A stretch of DNA of 64,000 nt from Felis catus (lineage: Eukaryota): contig NC_058368.1 in the NCBI RefSeq assembly GCF_018350175.1, positions 111,974,001-112,038,000 on the forward strand, written 5' to 3'. The translations under genes were made by a program, and so were the position numbers. Within the stretch, counting starts at the first letter, position 1, and each line of letters begins with the position of its first letter. Under the pieces are notes generated by a model, which worked only from the letters and a program-made list of their open reading frames with translations, did no database searches and was not told the origin of the DNA. Below are positions 1 to 12,569 of the stretch, piece by piece.

Positions 1-796
1 TATATAAAAGTTACCACCTCAACCATTTTAAATGTGCAATTCACAGTGGTACGTATATTCACATTGCTGTGCACCTAATCTTAGAACCTTTTCATCTTGC
101 AGAACTGCAACTCTAAACTCGTTACAAAACTCCCCCTCTTTCCAGCCCCTGGCAACCGCCATTGTGTTTCTTTCTATGACTACTCTAGAGACCTCATATA
201 AGTAGGATCGTACAGTAATTGTCCGTTTGTCACTGGTTTATTTCGTGTAAAACGATGTCTTTAAGGTTCATCCATGTTGTAGCCTGTGTCAGAATTGCAT
301 CGCTTTTTAAGGCTGAACGATACTCCAATGTATCACTCCACCGAATACACCACATTTTGTTTATCCATCCATTTGTCCATGGATACTTGGGTTTCTCCCA
401 CCTTTTGGCTATTGTGAATAATGCAACTCTGCACATGGTGTACAAATACCTGTTTGATTCCTTGCTTTCAATTCTTTTGGAAATATACTCGGAAGGGGAA
501 CTCCTGGATCATCCGGTGATTTTATGTTTAATATTTTGAGCAACCACCATGGCGGCCATAGTGGCTGCACCAGTTTACGTTCCCCCCAACAACGCACAAG
601 GATTTGGACTCCTCCGTATTGTTGCCAACATTTGTTATTTTCTGTTTTGTAAAAAATAGTAGCCATCCCAATGAATGTGAGGTGATAGCTCATTGAGGTT
701 TTCATGTGCGTTTCCCTAATGATTACTGATATTGAGTATCTTTTCATGTGCTGTTGGTCATTTGAACTGAACCTCTTCTTTAAAGAAATGTCTACT

Positions 797-1018
797 GAGG
801 CGCCTGGGTGGTTCGGTCGGTTAAGCGTCCGACTTCAACTCAGGTCACGATCTCATGGTCCGTGAGTTCCAGCCCCACATCGGGCTCTGGGCTGATGGCT
901 TAGAGCCTGGAGCCTGCTTCCAATTCTGTGTCTCCCTCTCTCTCTGCCCTTCCGCCCTTCATGCTCTGTCTCTCTCTGTCTCAAAAATAAATAAAACGTT
1001 AAAAAAATTAAAAAAAAA
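797..1018 (+). mobile_element. Young feliform CanSINE (SINEC_Fc-like)
   Basis: tRNA-derived head GGCGCCTGGGTGG...GGTTAAGCGTCCGACTT, (CT)n, AATAAA and A tail; perfect 16-bp TSD TAAAGAAATGTCTACT at 781-796 and 1019-1034. Confidence 0.97.
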
Positions 1019-1090
1019 TAAAGAAATGTCTACTTAGGTCTTTTGCCCATTTTTAAATTGAATTATTTTTTCCCATTATTGTAGGCATTG

Positions 1091-1109
1091 TTTTTTTTTT
1101 CTTTCTCTT

Positions 1110-1165
<56 letters not shown>

Positions 1166-1327
1166 AGCAGGGGAAAGTGGCAGAGGGAGAGACGGAGGGA
1201 GAATCCTAAGCAGGCTCCACCCTCAGCATAGAGCCTGACATGGAGCTCGATCCCACAACCCTGGGATCATGACCTCAGCCGAATTCAAGAGTCAGACGCT
1301 CACCGGACTGCACCACCCAGACTCCCC
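1091..1327 (-). mobile_element. CanSINE (older type) with expanded (GA)n
   Basis: Reverse-complement CanSINE body; (GA)n at ~1113-1160; T tail. Confidence 0.92.
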
Positions 1328-1681
1328 CTGTACACTTCTTTATATATTCTGGATATTAACCCTTATCAGATATAGGATTTACAAATACTCTCTCCCATCC
1401 CATAGGTTACCATTTCTCTCTGTTGATTGATCCTTTGATGCAGAGTTTTAAATTTTTATATAGTCCAGTGTACCTATTTTTAATTTTTGCCTGTGGTTTT
1501 TACTATCATATCTAAGTCATCATTGCCAAATCCAGTGTCATAAAGATTTTCCTCCAAGAGCTGTGGGGTTTTAGCTCCCACGTTTAAATTTTTAATCCAT
1601 TTTGAAACAATTTTTGTATACCACCTAAGGTCAAGGTCCAAATACATGTGGATGTGCAGCTTTCCTACAAAGAGTTATTTT

Positions 1682-1840
1682 TTTGTTGGAGGCGAGAGGG
1701 GCGGAGAGAGAGGGAGAGAGAGAATCCCAAGCAGGTTCCACACCCAGCACAGAGCCTGATGTGGGGCTCGACCGTGAGATCATGACCTGAACAGAAATCA
1801 AGAGTCGGACGCTTAACCGACTGAGCCACCCAGGCACCCC
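1682..1840 (-). mobile_element. CanSINE
   Basis: CanSINE body; TSD TACAAAGAGTTATTTT at 1666-1681 and 1841-1856. Confidence 0.95.
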
Positions 1841-3184
1841 TACAAAGAGTTATTTTCAGATAAGATTTATGACTGATGGTGACAATGTACCGTATTTGAC
1901 CATATGAGGCAACATAAAATATTTTACATACCTTGGTAACAATATAAAACAAAGTGCCTCCAAATTTACCTTGTAGTTTTTGTTAATTTTATGTTCCCAT
2001 CTTTATGGCTGAACAGAAATACTCTTCATTTGGGATAAATAACATGCCACACTGTCAGCAGTACCGATTATTTTCTGACGATATAAGTCTCACGGAGGTG
2101 TGAGTGGGAAAATCGGTGATGGCTGTGAGCTGCCAGGCTCCCGAGCCCACCATTTCCTGCCTGTAAACTGGGCCCCATGCCCTTGCTCTCTGCCCTTGCC
2201 TGATGCTCCTGGCGTCACAGATTTTAAGGGCAAGGGTTAGTGTTAGTGCTGTGTTTTTGTTACCACGGGCTTCTGCACAAAGCCATAGCCAGACAACCTC
2301 CACTTCACGGGTTTGGGTCCCAGACTCAGAGCCCATGAGGAGAATTCTGAGCCCCCAGTACAGTAGATTCACAAACCCCAGAGGTTCAAAGCATTTCAAA
2401 ATTTTTGAGTTTGCTCATAACTTAAAACTCTTCCTAGAAAGTTGGTTGTCTAAACCGTTGGCTCATTCCCACAAGGAAAACTGGTCCCCACTGTGGGGAC
2501 TGCCGCCAGGAGAGGAAGTTTGAGGGGACTGTGCTGCCCACAAGTGGGGGTCCACTCACGTCTACCACCTCTGTCTACCCCCCCTCAGGCCCCCGCCTGC
2601 ACGTGGAATAGTTATCATGAGCTGGAGGAGGACCCAAGTTTCCTGGGGAAAGCCGCTAAATCGTGGAGGTTTCTGATGCCAAGAAAAATAGGCTTGGCCC
2701 AGCTCTGAGGCCGTGAACCTCAGATGCCACCTCAAGAGGCTGCCATCACCGTGGGCAGTGCCATCTGGCTTCATTTTGTCAAAACAAAGGCAAGGCCCTC
2801 CAGCAATTTCTGTGGATTTGTTTTGCAAAATTAAATTGTCTGCTTTTAATTCTCCTTGACCAGTTTAATACCTATTGGAATTTCAAACCCAGTGACATTC
2901 AGAAAACCCACTTTGGAGTTAGGTGTCGGATCCACATGACCTGCATTTCAGCCTGGGACCAAAAAAAAAAAAAAAAAAAGAGACACTATGGAAACTTCCA
3001 GGGAGCAGGGGCCTTGGCAGAGTGGGATCTCTAGGCTTTGCAGCTCCTGGACCACCCCAATGTGTAGACATGCTCTGGGTCCATAGGGACTATTAGCTGT
3101 CTCTCCACACCCAGAAACAGAACCAGGCTTCCCTGCTTCGGGACCCTACCCCGGCTCCAGAGCCAAGTTCCAGCTCGTGCTTTC

Positions 3185-3399
3185 TTTTTTTTTTTTATTA
3201 CTATTATTTGTAATGTTTATTTATTTTTGAGACAGAGAAACACAGAACATGAGCAGGGGAGGGGGAGAGGGAGGGGGAGACACAGAATCCGAAGTAGGCT
3301 CCAGGCTCTGAGCTGTCAGCCCAGAGCCTGATGAGGGGCTTGAACTCACAGACCGTGAGATCATGACCTGATGCTTAACCGACTGGTGCCCCCAGACAC
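3185..3399 (-). mobile_element. Feliform CanSINE
   Basis: CanSINE body with a small internal deletion; TSD CAGCT(C/T)GTGCTTTC at 3171-3184 and 3400-3413. Confidence 0.95.
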
Positions 3400-4409
3400 C
3401 AGCTTGTGCTTTCAAGTGGGCCTCCTGGACCTCTTCCTAAGAGGTCCGGGCCCGGGGGGGAATTGGCCTCCTCTGCACCCAGCCCTGCATGGGCTCTGTA
3501 CTGGCCGAGCAAAGAGACAAACTCTACTTCGTGGGGATCCAGGCCAGTGCACAAGACAGACTCTTGGACACATACCAGCCGGAGGGACCAAGAAGAACAT
3601 CATGAGATCAAGGGAGTTTCAACAAGGTCCAAGACAAGGCTGGGGGCATAAGGAGGGCTTCCTCAAACAGGTGATGCCAAGGCTGGGTCTCGAAGAAACA
3701 GTATGTGTTGGCTAAGTCAAGAAGGAGGAGCGGGTGTTCCAAGAGGAGGTCTTGCACAAGCAAAGTCTCCCTTGGAAAGTTCGAGAGAGCCGATGTCAGG
3801 AGAACCACAGAAGGAATGGGCTACTTCCTCTGCCTCCGAACAAACACCTGGGGCTCTGCTATCATCACTGCTCGCAGCTACTCCTGCTCTTCCCCTCCAA
3901 TCTCTCCCTTGACCCTGTCAAAGCCCCCAAGGCTGGTTGATGCGGCATATTGGCCTTCATTGCTTAGCTCGTTGTCCTGTCTCTGCTGTGCTGTGGAATG
4001 TCCTATTTATTAGGGTGCAGCCACAGCCCCTCATAAAGAACATGCAGTCACTGCCCCCCGGGACCAGGGGGGAAAGAGGCTGCAGCGTCCAGCTGGGAAG
4101 TCTGGATGGCTCCATGCCCAGGGGACGTGCTCAAGTTCATGGCTCAAGGGAGGAAGTTTCGTTTCTGAGGTTGTTTTCTCCAGTCTGGATATGCAACATT
4201 TCCCTGAACGTTCTAGCTCCGTTCTGAGATGCAGGCTCACAGAGTGAAAGGCTTTGTGTTTGTCTTGTTTATATGCAACGTTTTGAAAAAGTAATAGACT
4301 CACATAGTTCACAACCCTTGAAAAGATTAAAGGAAGCCGAGCGAAAAGTCTCTGTCACCCTTCCTATCGGGTAACTGCCTGTGTCCTGTGCATCCTTTCA
4401 GATATTCTT

Positions 4410-4624
4410 ATTTTTTTTAATGTTTATTCATTTTTTGAGAGAGAGGGAGAGACAGAGCACAAGCAGGGGAGGGGTCAGAAAGAGAGGGGGACACAGAATC
4501 TGAAGCAGGCCCCAGGCTCTGAGCTGTCAGCACAGAGCCCGACGTGGGGCTCGAACCCACGAACCGTGAGATCATGACCTGAGCCAAGACGGACACTCAG
4601 CTGACTGAGCCCCCCAGGCGCCCC
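4410..4624 (-). mobile_element. Feliform CanSINE
   Basis: CanSINE body; CAGATATTCTT on both flanks (TSD). Confidence 0.95.
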
Positions 4625-5716
4625 TTTCCAGATATTCTTTATGCAGTTCCAAGCATGTATGAGTATACAGTCTGGCCATGCCCTCCTCTTTCCTAAACAC
4701 TGGCTGGTGCCTTGCATTGTGGAGGTGTCCTTAAGACCAGCAGCTCACGTTCTCCCCAGCGGTTTCTCACTCTTAAAATTATTCTCCCTGTCCTATGATA
4801 TTTCACACAACTAGCCCCAGCCACGACAACAAATATTTCATACCCTTCATGCATGACATTTTTCACATATGCTTTACAAATGTGCGTCTTCATTCCGAAC
4901 CGAATGTCGTGGGAAATATGTCTTTTCCACATGGCCGCTACTATAATATAAAAAGCATTTTCCCCTTTCCCTCGGCCCCAGGAGGGCACTATATCATGAA
5001 AATGGAGAAGTGAAGAGAAAATGAGAAATCCTGCCTCCAGAGCTCTCTCTCCAAGCGGTTTGCCAGAGGCTCCCTGGGACCGTGTCACCTCCCGAAGCGT
5101 AAATCACCACCGAGGCCTCCGCTCAAGTTGTCACCCGGTGGCCTAGCGCGTGGCTATTTCTGTTTGGCGGCCATCGACTCAGAGCGTCCACGCTGTGTAA
5201 GTGTTGCCCTCTGCGTGTCTGCCTCCATGCCTGCTGCCAGCGGACCTGTTCCTAAGATGGGCATATGCTCCCCTCTGGGTTTCTACTTGAGGGTTTCAGT
5301 CCTTCAAGGCAAACCCCGCTGCTGACGGGCTTGCTGCAGACCACGGGATGCCTCCAACACCTTTAAATAAAGCCCAGGGGGTTCTCTGCTCCACCTCGGC
5401 GGGCCTTTGAGAACCTCTAGTACAAGCCAGTATCTGGCCTGCCTGGAAACCTGGGAACCTGGCTAACAACCAGGGCCAGGGCTTGGCAAACGCCAGCCTC
5501 AGCCTGCCTTTCTTTCCCTCCCTTTCCTGTCCCTCTAACCCCCAACATGCGCGGGTCATGGATGAGTGTGGCTCAAAGAAGCAAGATTTCCCCCCAGTCT
5601 CTTGCTCTGCGATACTTAATCTGGAAGCCCGATGCTAAGAACGTTTACGGTTTGTGAGTGCTAGGAGGCACTGTTGGGCAAGTTTTGTATGCTCCAAAAA
5701 GGGTCTTGCTTGTATG

Positions 5717-5718
<2 letters not shown>

Positions 5719-5767
<49 letters not shown>
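5719..5767. repeat. (TA)n microsatellite
   Basis: Directly visible TA run. Confidence 0.97.
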
Positions 5768-5770
<3 letters not shown>

Positions 5771-6570
5771 ACATACCCCTCGCCATGCCTTGACATACAG
5801 CCCCCTCCACTGTCAACATCCTGCACCAGGATGATATGTGTGTTGTAATCTCTGAATGTACCCCGACACGTCATCATCACTCAAAGCCCGTAGCTTACAT
5901 AGGGTTCACTCTTGGGTTTGGAAAAAATGTATAATGACGGGTAACACCATTACAGTCTGCTACAAAACAGTTTCACGGCCCTAAAAAATCTCTGTGCTTG
6001 GGGCACCTGGGTGGCTCAGTTGGTTAAGCGTCCGACTCTTGATTTCAGCTCAGGTCATGATCTCACGATTGGTGACTTCAAGCCCTGCAATGAATGAGCT
6101 CTGCGCTGACAGCACGGAACCTGCCGGGGATTCTCTCTGTCTCCCTCTCTCTCTCCGCCTCTCCCCTGCTCCCTCTCTCTCTCTCAAAAATAAATAACAC
6201 CTCCCTCCCCTGTAAACTTTGGCAACCATGGATCTTTTTGCTGTCTCTGTAGTTCTGCCTTTTCCAGAATGTCATAGAGTCGGCATCAGGCAGTACATAG
6301 CCTTTTCAGACCAGCTTCTTTCGCTGAGTAATACGTATTTAAGATTCCTCTAGGCTTTTTCACGGCTTGATAACTCATGTCCTTTCTGTGCTGAATAACG
6401 CTCCATTGCTGGAATGTACCGCCGTTTACTCATCCACTCACCCGCTGAGGGGTGTCTTGGGTGCTTCCGATTTGGGGTAATTATGAGTAAAGCTGCTAGA
6501 GACGTCCCTGAGCAGGTTTTTGTGTGGACTTGAGTTTTCAACTCATCTGAGTATGCAGCAAGGAGCATGC
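5768..6570 (-). mobile_element. Old L1 3' end (L1MC1-like) with a CanSINE insertion
   Basis: Matches the recalled L1MC 3' UTR (…ACATCATCATCACTCAAAGCCCGTAGCTTACATAGGGTTCACTCTTGG…); ORF2 C-terminal remnant (VHTKTC...AALLIITPNRKHPRHPSAGEW). Confidence 0.8.
6000..6196 (+). mobile_element. CanSINE inserted in L1
   Basis: GGGGCACCTGGGTGGCTCAGTTGGTTAAGCGTCCGACTCTTGATTTC...(CT)n AAAAATAAATAA. Confidence 0.95.
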
Positions 6571-6984
6571 CTGGCTGGATCCCTGGCTGTATATTTGGAG
6601 GACGGGACGCTCAGTGGGGCAGGCTGTCCCATACTCAGTCAGCTCACTGGGGCCCTAGCAGAGTCTCTCCTCTGTCAGGGCCAGAGCTCCCCCTACCTCA
6701 CTTCTTCAGAGTCCACTTCCTGTCCCTCTGGGTGGCATCAGCCCAGTGCCTCTTAGCGTGGGTGGAGAGGCGCCGGGGAGATGTGAGTGAGCAGGACTGC
6801 ATCTTTCCCCCTCCCTCCCCGTACTCCACAAGTTCAAGGGCCCGCGGGATGTTTTGGTATGAACTGAATTCCCCCCGCCCCCCAAACCAGCATTAAAAAA
6901 AAAAATCCAGAACACAACATTTCATTCATTTTTGGTATTTTCTGTCATTATTGGAATGACTGTCATGACTCTAGTTAGTTAGTT

Positions 6985-7176
6985 AAATATTTATTTTGAG
7001 AGAGACAGAGCACGAGCTGGGGAGGGGCAGAGAAAGAGGGAGACAGAGAACCCGAAGCAGGTTCCAGGTTCTGAGCTCTCAGCACAGAGCCCAACGCGGG
7101 GCTCGAACCCCTGAACCGGGAAATCATGACCTGAGCCAAAGTCGGACGCTTAACTGACTGAGACACCCAGGCACCC
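6985..7176 (-). mobile_element. Feliform CanSINE
   Basis: CanSINE body; TSD TGTCATGACTCT at 6961-6972 and 7178-7189. Confidence 0.95.
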
Positions 7177-7359
7177 GTGTCATGACTCTTATTTAAGTGT
7201 TGCAAACACAGAGCCACATCGGCATTCAAATTGGTTATGGTGATTTACCTCAGGAGAATCACAGTCCCCCATGGAGCCCTAGGGAAGTCCTACCTTTCAG
7301 GTACCCCAGATGAGCCGAGCAACTAGGACTTTGCCCCTTCTGTCTCATGGATTCTCTGT

Positions 7360-7637
7360 CAAAGAAAAAACTGGCGACTATCGTTGGCCTGCAGAATGTG
7401 GTATTTTAAACATTCTAGGTTGTCAACGTTTGAAAACTAGGGACCTGGAAGTATAAACCTTGCTTGTAGCTTCTCTTGAAAAGTCATAAAATGAGGCCAC
7501 TGGGGCTGCTGTTCACCCTCGGGGTGAGCTGGGACTCGTTTGCCCAGCCACTCCCCCCCCCCCCCACCGCCCCTGCCGTGTGTCACTTACCTATTTTACG
7601 TTCTAGGCTCCTGTTGCCTTGAGTTTGCAGCTCTTAG
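7360..7637. mobile_element. hAT-Charlie MITE remnant (MER102-like)
   Basis: End resembles the recalled MER102 terminus (…TTTACGTT…GGCTCCTGTTGCCTTGAGTTTGCAGCTCTT); highly diverged. Confidence 0.5.
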
Positions 7638-7769
7638 GTGAGGTGTGTTCACTAAGATGTGATTTTTCTTCAGCAGTGAATCCCCAAAGGACCAAATGAC
7701 AGAAATCACTGCCAAGTAGTGAGTGGGTGGCCTTTCTAGACTGGGATGCTTTGGGGGTCCCCAGCTGTG

Positions 7770-7975
7770 CTAGTGTGTGCCAGCAATGCTGTGAGCACTT
7801 TCCACACATTGGCCAATTGGATTTCTTCAATAGGCCTATAAAGCCAGGGCCTTTCTTGCCTTCATTCTACCAACGGGGAAAACTGAGGCAGAGGAGTTAA
7901 GTATCTCACCCAAGAGCACACAGGTGATAAACATGATGTCTTTGAAGTCTTGTGACCTTAACCACCCCACACACT
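7770..7975 (-). mobile_element. MIR SINE
   Basis: MIR core reverse complement GGAAAACTGAGGCAGAGGAGTTAAGTATCTCACCCAAG. Confidence 0.75.
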
Positions 7976-8264
7976 GCCTCCTGATAAAGATACTGTGAGG
8001 GCTAAATGGGCCCCCTCAGGAAAGCGGGACCTAGCCCTTGGGAGTGGAGGGGAGCCCTGTAGGGTCTCCCAGGTCCCACGCAGGAAGTGGGGGGCTCCTC
8101 AGGACTCAGGTCAGCCGCCTCTCAGGGAAATGATGGGAGGGCAGCTGGCTGGTGCCTGGACAAGACCTTCAAGCCCCCACTCCCCTCTTTGCCCTCAAAG
8201 CAGGCGGACCCACCTTTCCACTTGCCTGTGTACTTCATCCCAATCTCAAGTGCTATGAAGGGCT

Positions 8265-8470
8265 GTTACGCACTGAGTGTTACCACACATTAAGTACTCT
8301 GCAGTCATTGTCTTCTTTAACCCTCTTGATGACCATATAATGTCAGTCTGTTGCCCCCATTTTATGGAGGAGTAAACTGAGGTTTAGAGAGTTTCCCTCA
8401 CTTGCCTGAAGTCACAGAGCTCGTCAGTGATAGAGCAGGCCGTGAACACCGTCATAGACTGAGTGCTCAG
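8265..8470 (-). mobile_element. MIR SINE
   Basis: CCCCATTTTATGGAGGAGTAAACTGAGG...CTTGCCTGAAGTCACAGAGC. Confidence 0.8.
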
Positions 8471-8711
8471 TCCGCACCACTTCTCTCTCCAAAGCTTGCC
8501 CCTTGCCCCCGCCTTCCGCTCCCCCTCCTTGGTTGTGATTTCTGGCCCAGCTTCATCTCCAGCTCCCAGGTGGCCCCACAGCCCCTCCTCCCCTGTCTGA
8601 AACGTGGCCTGCCTTTACTCTTTCGTCTCCATTCACTCACCGACGGGATCCAGCTTCTAGTTGTCATGGTCAACTCTACCAACTTACTCATTTTCCATTT
8701 GATCCATCCAT

Positions 8712-8891
8712 TTTTTTAAATGTTTATTTATTGATTTTCGTGGGGCGGGGGGAGGAGCAGTGAGAGAGAGAGGAACGATTCCAAGCAGACTCCGCGCTGT
8801 CAGCACAGAGCCTGATGTGGGGCTTGATCCCGTAAACCACGAGATCATGACCTGAGCCCAAATCAAGAGTCAGACGCTTAACCAACTGAGG
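8712..8891 (-). mobile_element. CanSINE lacking its extreme 5' end
   Basis: CanSINE body and T tail; ends at GCTTAACCAACTGAG. Confidence 0.92.
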
Positions 8892-10803
8892 TCTGCATCA
8901 ATTTTGAGAGGAACGATACAATTGCCTACTATGATTATTTTCTCATCTCTATCACCTTTTAATCCTTTTCATTTAGTCGAATTTTGCTTTATCTGTATCG
9001 AGATCAAGCTGTTAGGCACCCACACACTCCCCATTGATGCCCCGTTGCCTTACTATCTACTCTGCTCATAATGTAGCAGCTCCGTATCTCCCTGTTTTCT
9101 ACCTCTTAGAATGCATGTTCTCTTAGAACCTGCAGCCGTATTTCGTTGTTTTCTACCCCATCCATTTTTCTGATAGTTTGGTTTAGGCACAGTTTCTTTC
9201 ATTCAATAACTTAACACATACATATCGAGGACCTGCTGTGTGCCGGGCACTGGTCTGGCCCGGGGGGTTCAGCAGTGAGCTGCTGGGTTGGCACGTTCAC
9301 TCCTTGTAGCTGTTGTAACAAACTAACATGGACCCTAAGCCCATGCTGTTCTGGAAGCCAGAAGTCTGGAATCATTATCACTGGGCTGAAAGGTGTCAGC
9401 AAAGCCATATTCCCTCCTTTTTCTCCTCTGTAAAGGAGAGACACAACAGTGACCGCCTTTCAGCATTGTTGCGAAGATGCAAAGAGCTAAAACAGGCAAA
9501 GGGCCTATAGCAGGGTCTTAGACTCGGAGATTAGAAATGTTAACTGTTGTTGTTTGAGCTTTAGTTTCTGCAGGAAACGACTATGAGAGTAAGCCATTGC
9601 TTTGTTTTTCTGAAAAGTGGAAAAAATCACTAATAGGAAATTTGGTTTTATGTAGAAAAAGCCATGATGTTGTCTTGGGATGGAGAGCTTCCAGCCCACC
9701 AAATAAAAATACCTGAGAGTTTTGTTTTGTAGAATCACACGAAAGGGGGCCTTTGTTCAGGGGAGAACTGGGTCTCTGGCCAGTTTGCTTGCAGAAATAT
9801 GAGGGAAGCAATTTTCCTCTCAGGGACTCAGAAAGCTGGATGCTTCTGGAACTGAGGGAGGGACTGGACTCACCCTTCTGGAGGAGATGCTAGTCTAGGA
9901 CCCCAGAGAGACAGAGTCAGGAGGAACCTGGGGCCAGGCTGCCTTTAGGACTTTGAGCCTGGCCACCCCCAGCAGCTACTTGCGGGTGTCCCAGCATGCT
10001 CTGTGGCTCCTGTCATTCTTTCAGGCAAGTCTGGTCCTTTTGGGTTTTGGGGTATTTGGGGGGCATCCCTGACCACGTTTGGGATGAGGAGGTCTGGGCA
10101 TCAGTGGAACCTGGGAAATCTTGTTATGAGGTGGCAAGAGTTCACTGGAGAAAAGGAGAGTGGGGAGCCAGGGTCAGGAGGTGTAACAAAATAGGAGCCA
10201 CAGCCAGGACTTGACAGAAGGGCCAATTTAACCTGCAGACCCCCAGAAACACTGGGGAGGGAACCTGATCAGAGTTGACCATACAATGAGCAGATAGGGT
10301 GAAGGCTGGGTCTCTTGTGCTATTTGGGCCCGAGAGAGAAGCCTGACCCTTGGGAGCAGTGGGTTCTGGGTTACAGATATGATTTCCATCTTCACAGCAA
10401 CCCTCTAATCACGGAGCTTGCGTTTCAGGTGGGGACGCAGACGCGCAGAGAAAGCAGCATGCCCTTAGTCACACAGCTAGCCAGCAGCAGAGTTGGGTCT
10501 GTCTGACCCCAAAGCCTGCTGGTCTCCCAGGGAGGAGGCCCTTACCTCAGCTCTGCAGTACCTGTAGTCGTTGCATCCTGCCCAATGCCTTCTACGCAGG
10601 AGAGTTTCCTGGTAGTTCCTGCCCTAGACAAGCTGGTGGAAGAGAAGCCCTTCCTGCATATTCTCAACACCATCCAGACTTCGACTCACTCCCGGGCCTT
10701 ACTCTTCTTTTCTCAATGAGGCGACCACGTTTTCTGGTGATTGCGAGGCAGCGTGCAGAGCGTGGACTCCGGAGAAGCGTTGCAAATCGCGGTTGACATC
10801 ACA

Positions 10804-10893
10804 GCGGTAGGGGGCGGTAGGGAGGCGCCCTGGATCTCTCGGCTTCAACAGCCCTTTCCTGCCGGTCTGCAACGCTGCCTGTAGATGGCGCTC
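10804..10893 (+). promoter_or_regulatory. Candidate CTCF site(s) in a small CpG-rich patch
   Basis: CCTGTAGATGGCGC (10878-10891) fits the CTCF core CCDSYAGRKGGCRS; a second near-match GCGGTAGGGGGCGG at 10804-10817; CpGs locally retained over ~10720-11000. Confidence 0.6.
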
Positions 10894-12536
10894 GGACCCC
10901 GCTCCCTGCCGCTCTCCGTGCTGGGGATCCCAGTGTCAGCCCGCCCGACCCAGAGTCGGTGGGAGGCGCCAGACGTTCAGAGGGCGAGCTGTCTCTTCAC
11001 TGCTCTTCCTTTAGCAGAAACTGTGTGACACCTGCTGAGTATCAGGACCCGTGCTGTGTTCTCGGTGTTCAGTGTTTACGGTCCAATGAGGAGGACAAAT
11101 AAGGCCGTGGCAATTCAGCGTGACCTCGTCTAGGACACTTGGGTCCTGGGCAGGAACTCGAGAATTGGGGAAACACCAGGCTTGGTGGCCTTGCACCGTC
11201 TAGGGTGAAGGCTGGAGTTCGTGTTCTCATAGGCTGTGCCTGAGGGAATATTCGGGACCAGGCACCGCCAGGCACACCGTTGGGGCTCGAGAAATGAAGG
11301 AGAGCAGATGAGGGCATGCTGGGGGCATGGCAGTGGCACCAGCAGCACCGATAACAGCAGTGTGATCATTTTCTGGGGACTCCTGGGCTCCTTAGGGTCT
11401 CACTGTGGCACTCTGGGCACCTTCTCTGAAGCTGTTGTCTCCTTAGGACTCAGAGCTGCACCTGGCCTCGAAGAGACATCGAACCACAGGGCAGCTGGTG
11501 CAGTAGCCCGCAGAGGGAAGCAGAGCAGAAGGGAGTAAGTGGAGGCATTGGGTTGACAGAAAAGAGTATCCTACAGACAACACCTCTCCTGTGGCCAGCA
11601 CCGTGCTAGGCACTGTATCCCGTGTTTTCCTCACGACAAGCCTTTCTGGAGACCTTCTCTTTTTGCTTAGGCAGAGAGGATCACAGTGGTTCAGGAGAGG
11701 GACAGCCTCAAGTCCTGGTGTACTTGGGGTGAGTGGCCGATGAGAAGCTGTGCTGTTGTCACAGGGAGTGGGGAACCTGGCAGACACTAGGGCCAGGACC
11801 CCTTTGCTGGTGAAGGAGTGGGGGCTTGTTAGCATATATGTGCAGAGCTGGGGAGTGTCTCTTCCTGAGTCAGGCCAGCTCCTGACCACACGCCCAGACC
11901 AGCTCTGCTTGTCCCCTGGGTACTTGGCTCCAGGGTCAGACTGCCTCTGAGGGCTGCAGGGTACAGAGTACAGAGGGTAGGTGGGGGAGGGTAGGTGGGG
12001 GAAGGCATGTCCTCTTAGAACCTGCAGCCGCTTCTGTCCCCGTACAGAGGCTGGGTCACCTGGCCCACCTTGGGGGGTTCCGGGTTTTCACTCGCCCGGC
12101 CCTGGGTCCTGGGCAAAGTTCTGCTTACAGCCTGTTTCTGAGCCCAAGTCGACCAATAATGCCCACAACCCACGCTGTCTCTAACCCCGGCTCTCAAGCG
12201 ACTTCTCAAAACCAGCCTCTTGAATACTCTCCCAGCCGTGCTTGATCCTCGCTCTCTCGCTTTTTTCTTCCTTCAAATAGTTCATTATTTTGCACGGAGA
12301 TTTTGCTTTTCTTTGACTTTTTTTTCCCCCCTTCATATATAGCCCGATAAAAGAGCTCCCGTTATTTCAGAATATATTCTGGGACCTATTTTGTGCTCAA
12401 TTACACACCATCTATAGTTGATTTTCATGAAATTTAAATAACAAAGGCGGATGCTTATGTCATTTCTTCCTTATAAAAATACACCCTTGAAATCCTCTCT
12501 CATTGGCAAGCTGCGGCGTGTCCACAGTTTAACAGC

Positions 12537-12537
<1 letters not shown>

Positions 12538-12565
<28 letters not shown>
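12538..12565. repeat. (TG)n microsatellite
   Basis: Directly visible. Confidence 0.95.

Positions 12566-12569
<4 letters not shown>

Larger units (their letters stand above)
1..1665 (-). mobile_element. Old L1 (L1MA/L1MB-type) ORF2 C-terminus and 3' UTR remnant, interrupted by two CanSINEs
   Basis: Minus-strand translations resemble the L1 ORF2p C-terminus (ALFTIAKRWEKPKYP...INKMW; ENNKCWQ...LVQPLW), broken by frameshifts; L1 3' UTR-like sequence at the window start. Confidence 0.85.

Noticed and set aside
797..880. tRNA-like A/B box sequence
   Set aside because: It is a CanSINE head derived from tRNA, with no intact cloverleaf; the same applies to the other SINEs.
7583..7594. Perfect minus-strand donor TAG|GTAAGT
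   Set aside because: It lies within a probable MER102-like remnant and has no convincing partner acceptor.
10867..10874. CTGCAACG as a CTCF upstream (U/M2) motif
   Set aside because: Too close to the core compared with the canonical spacing.
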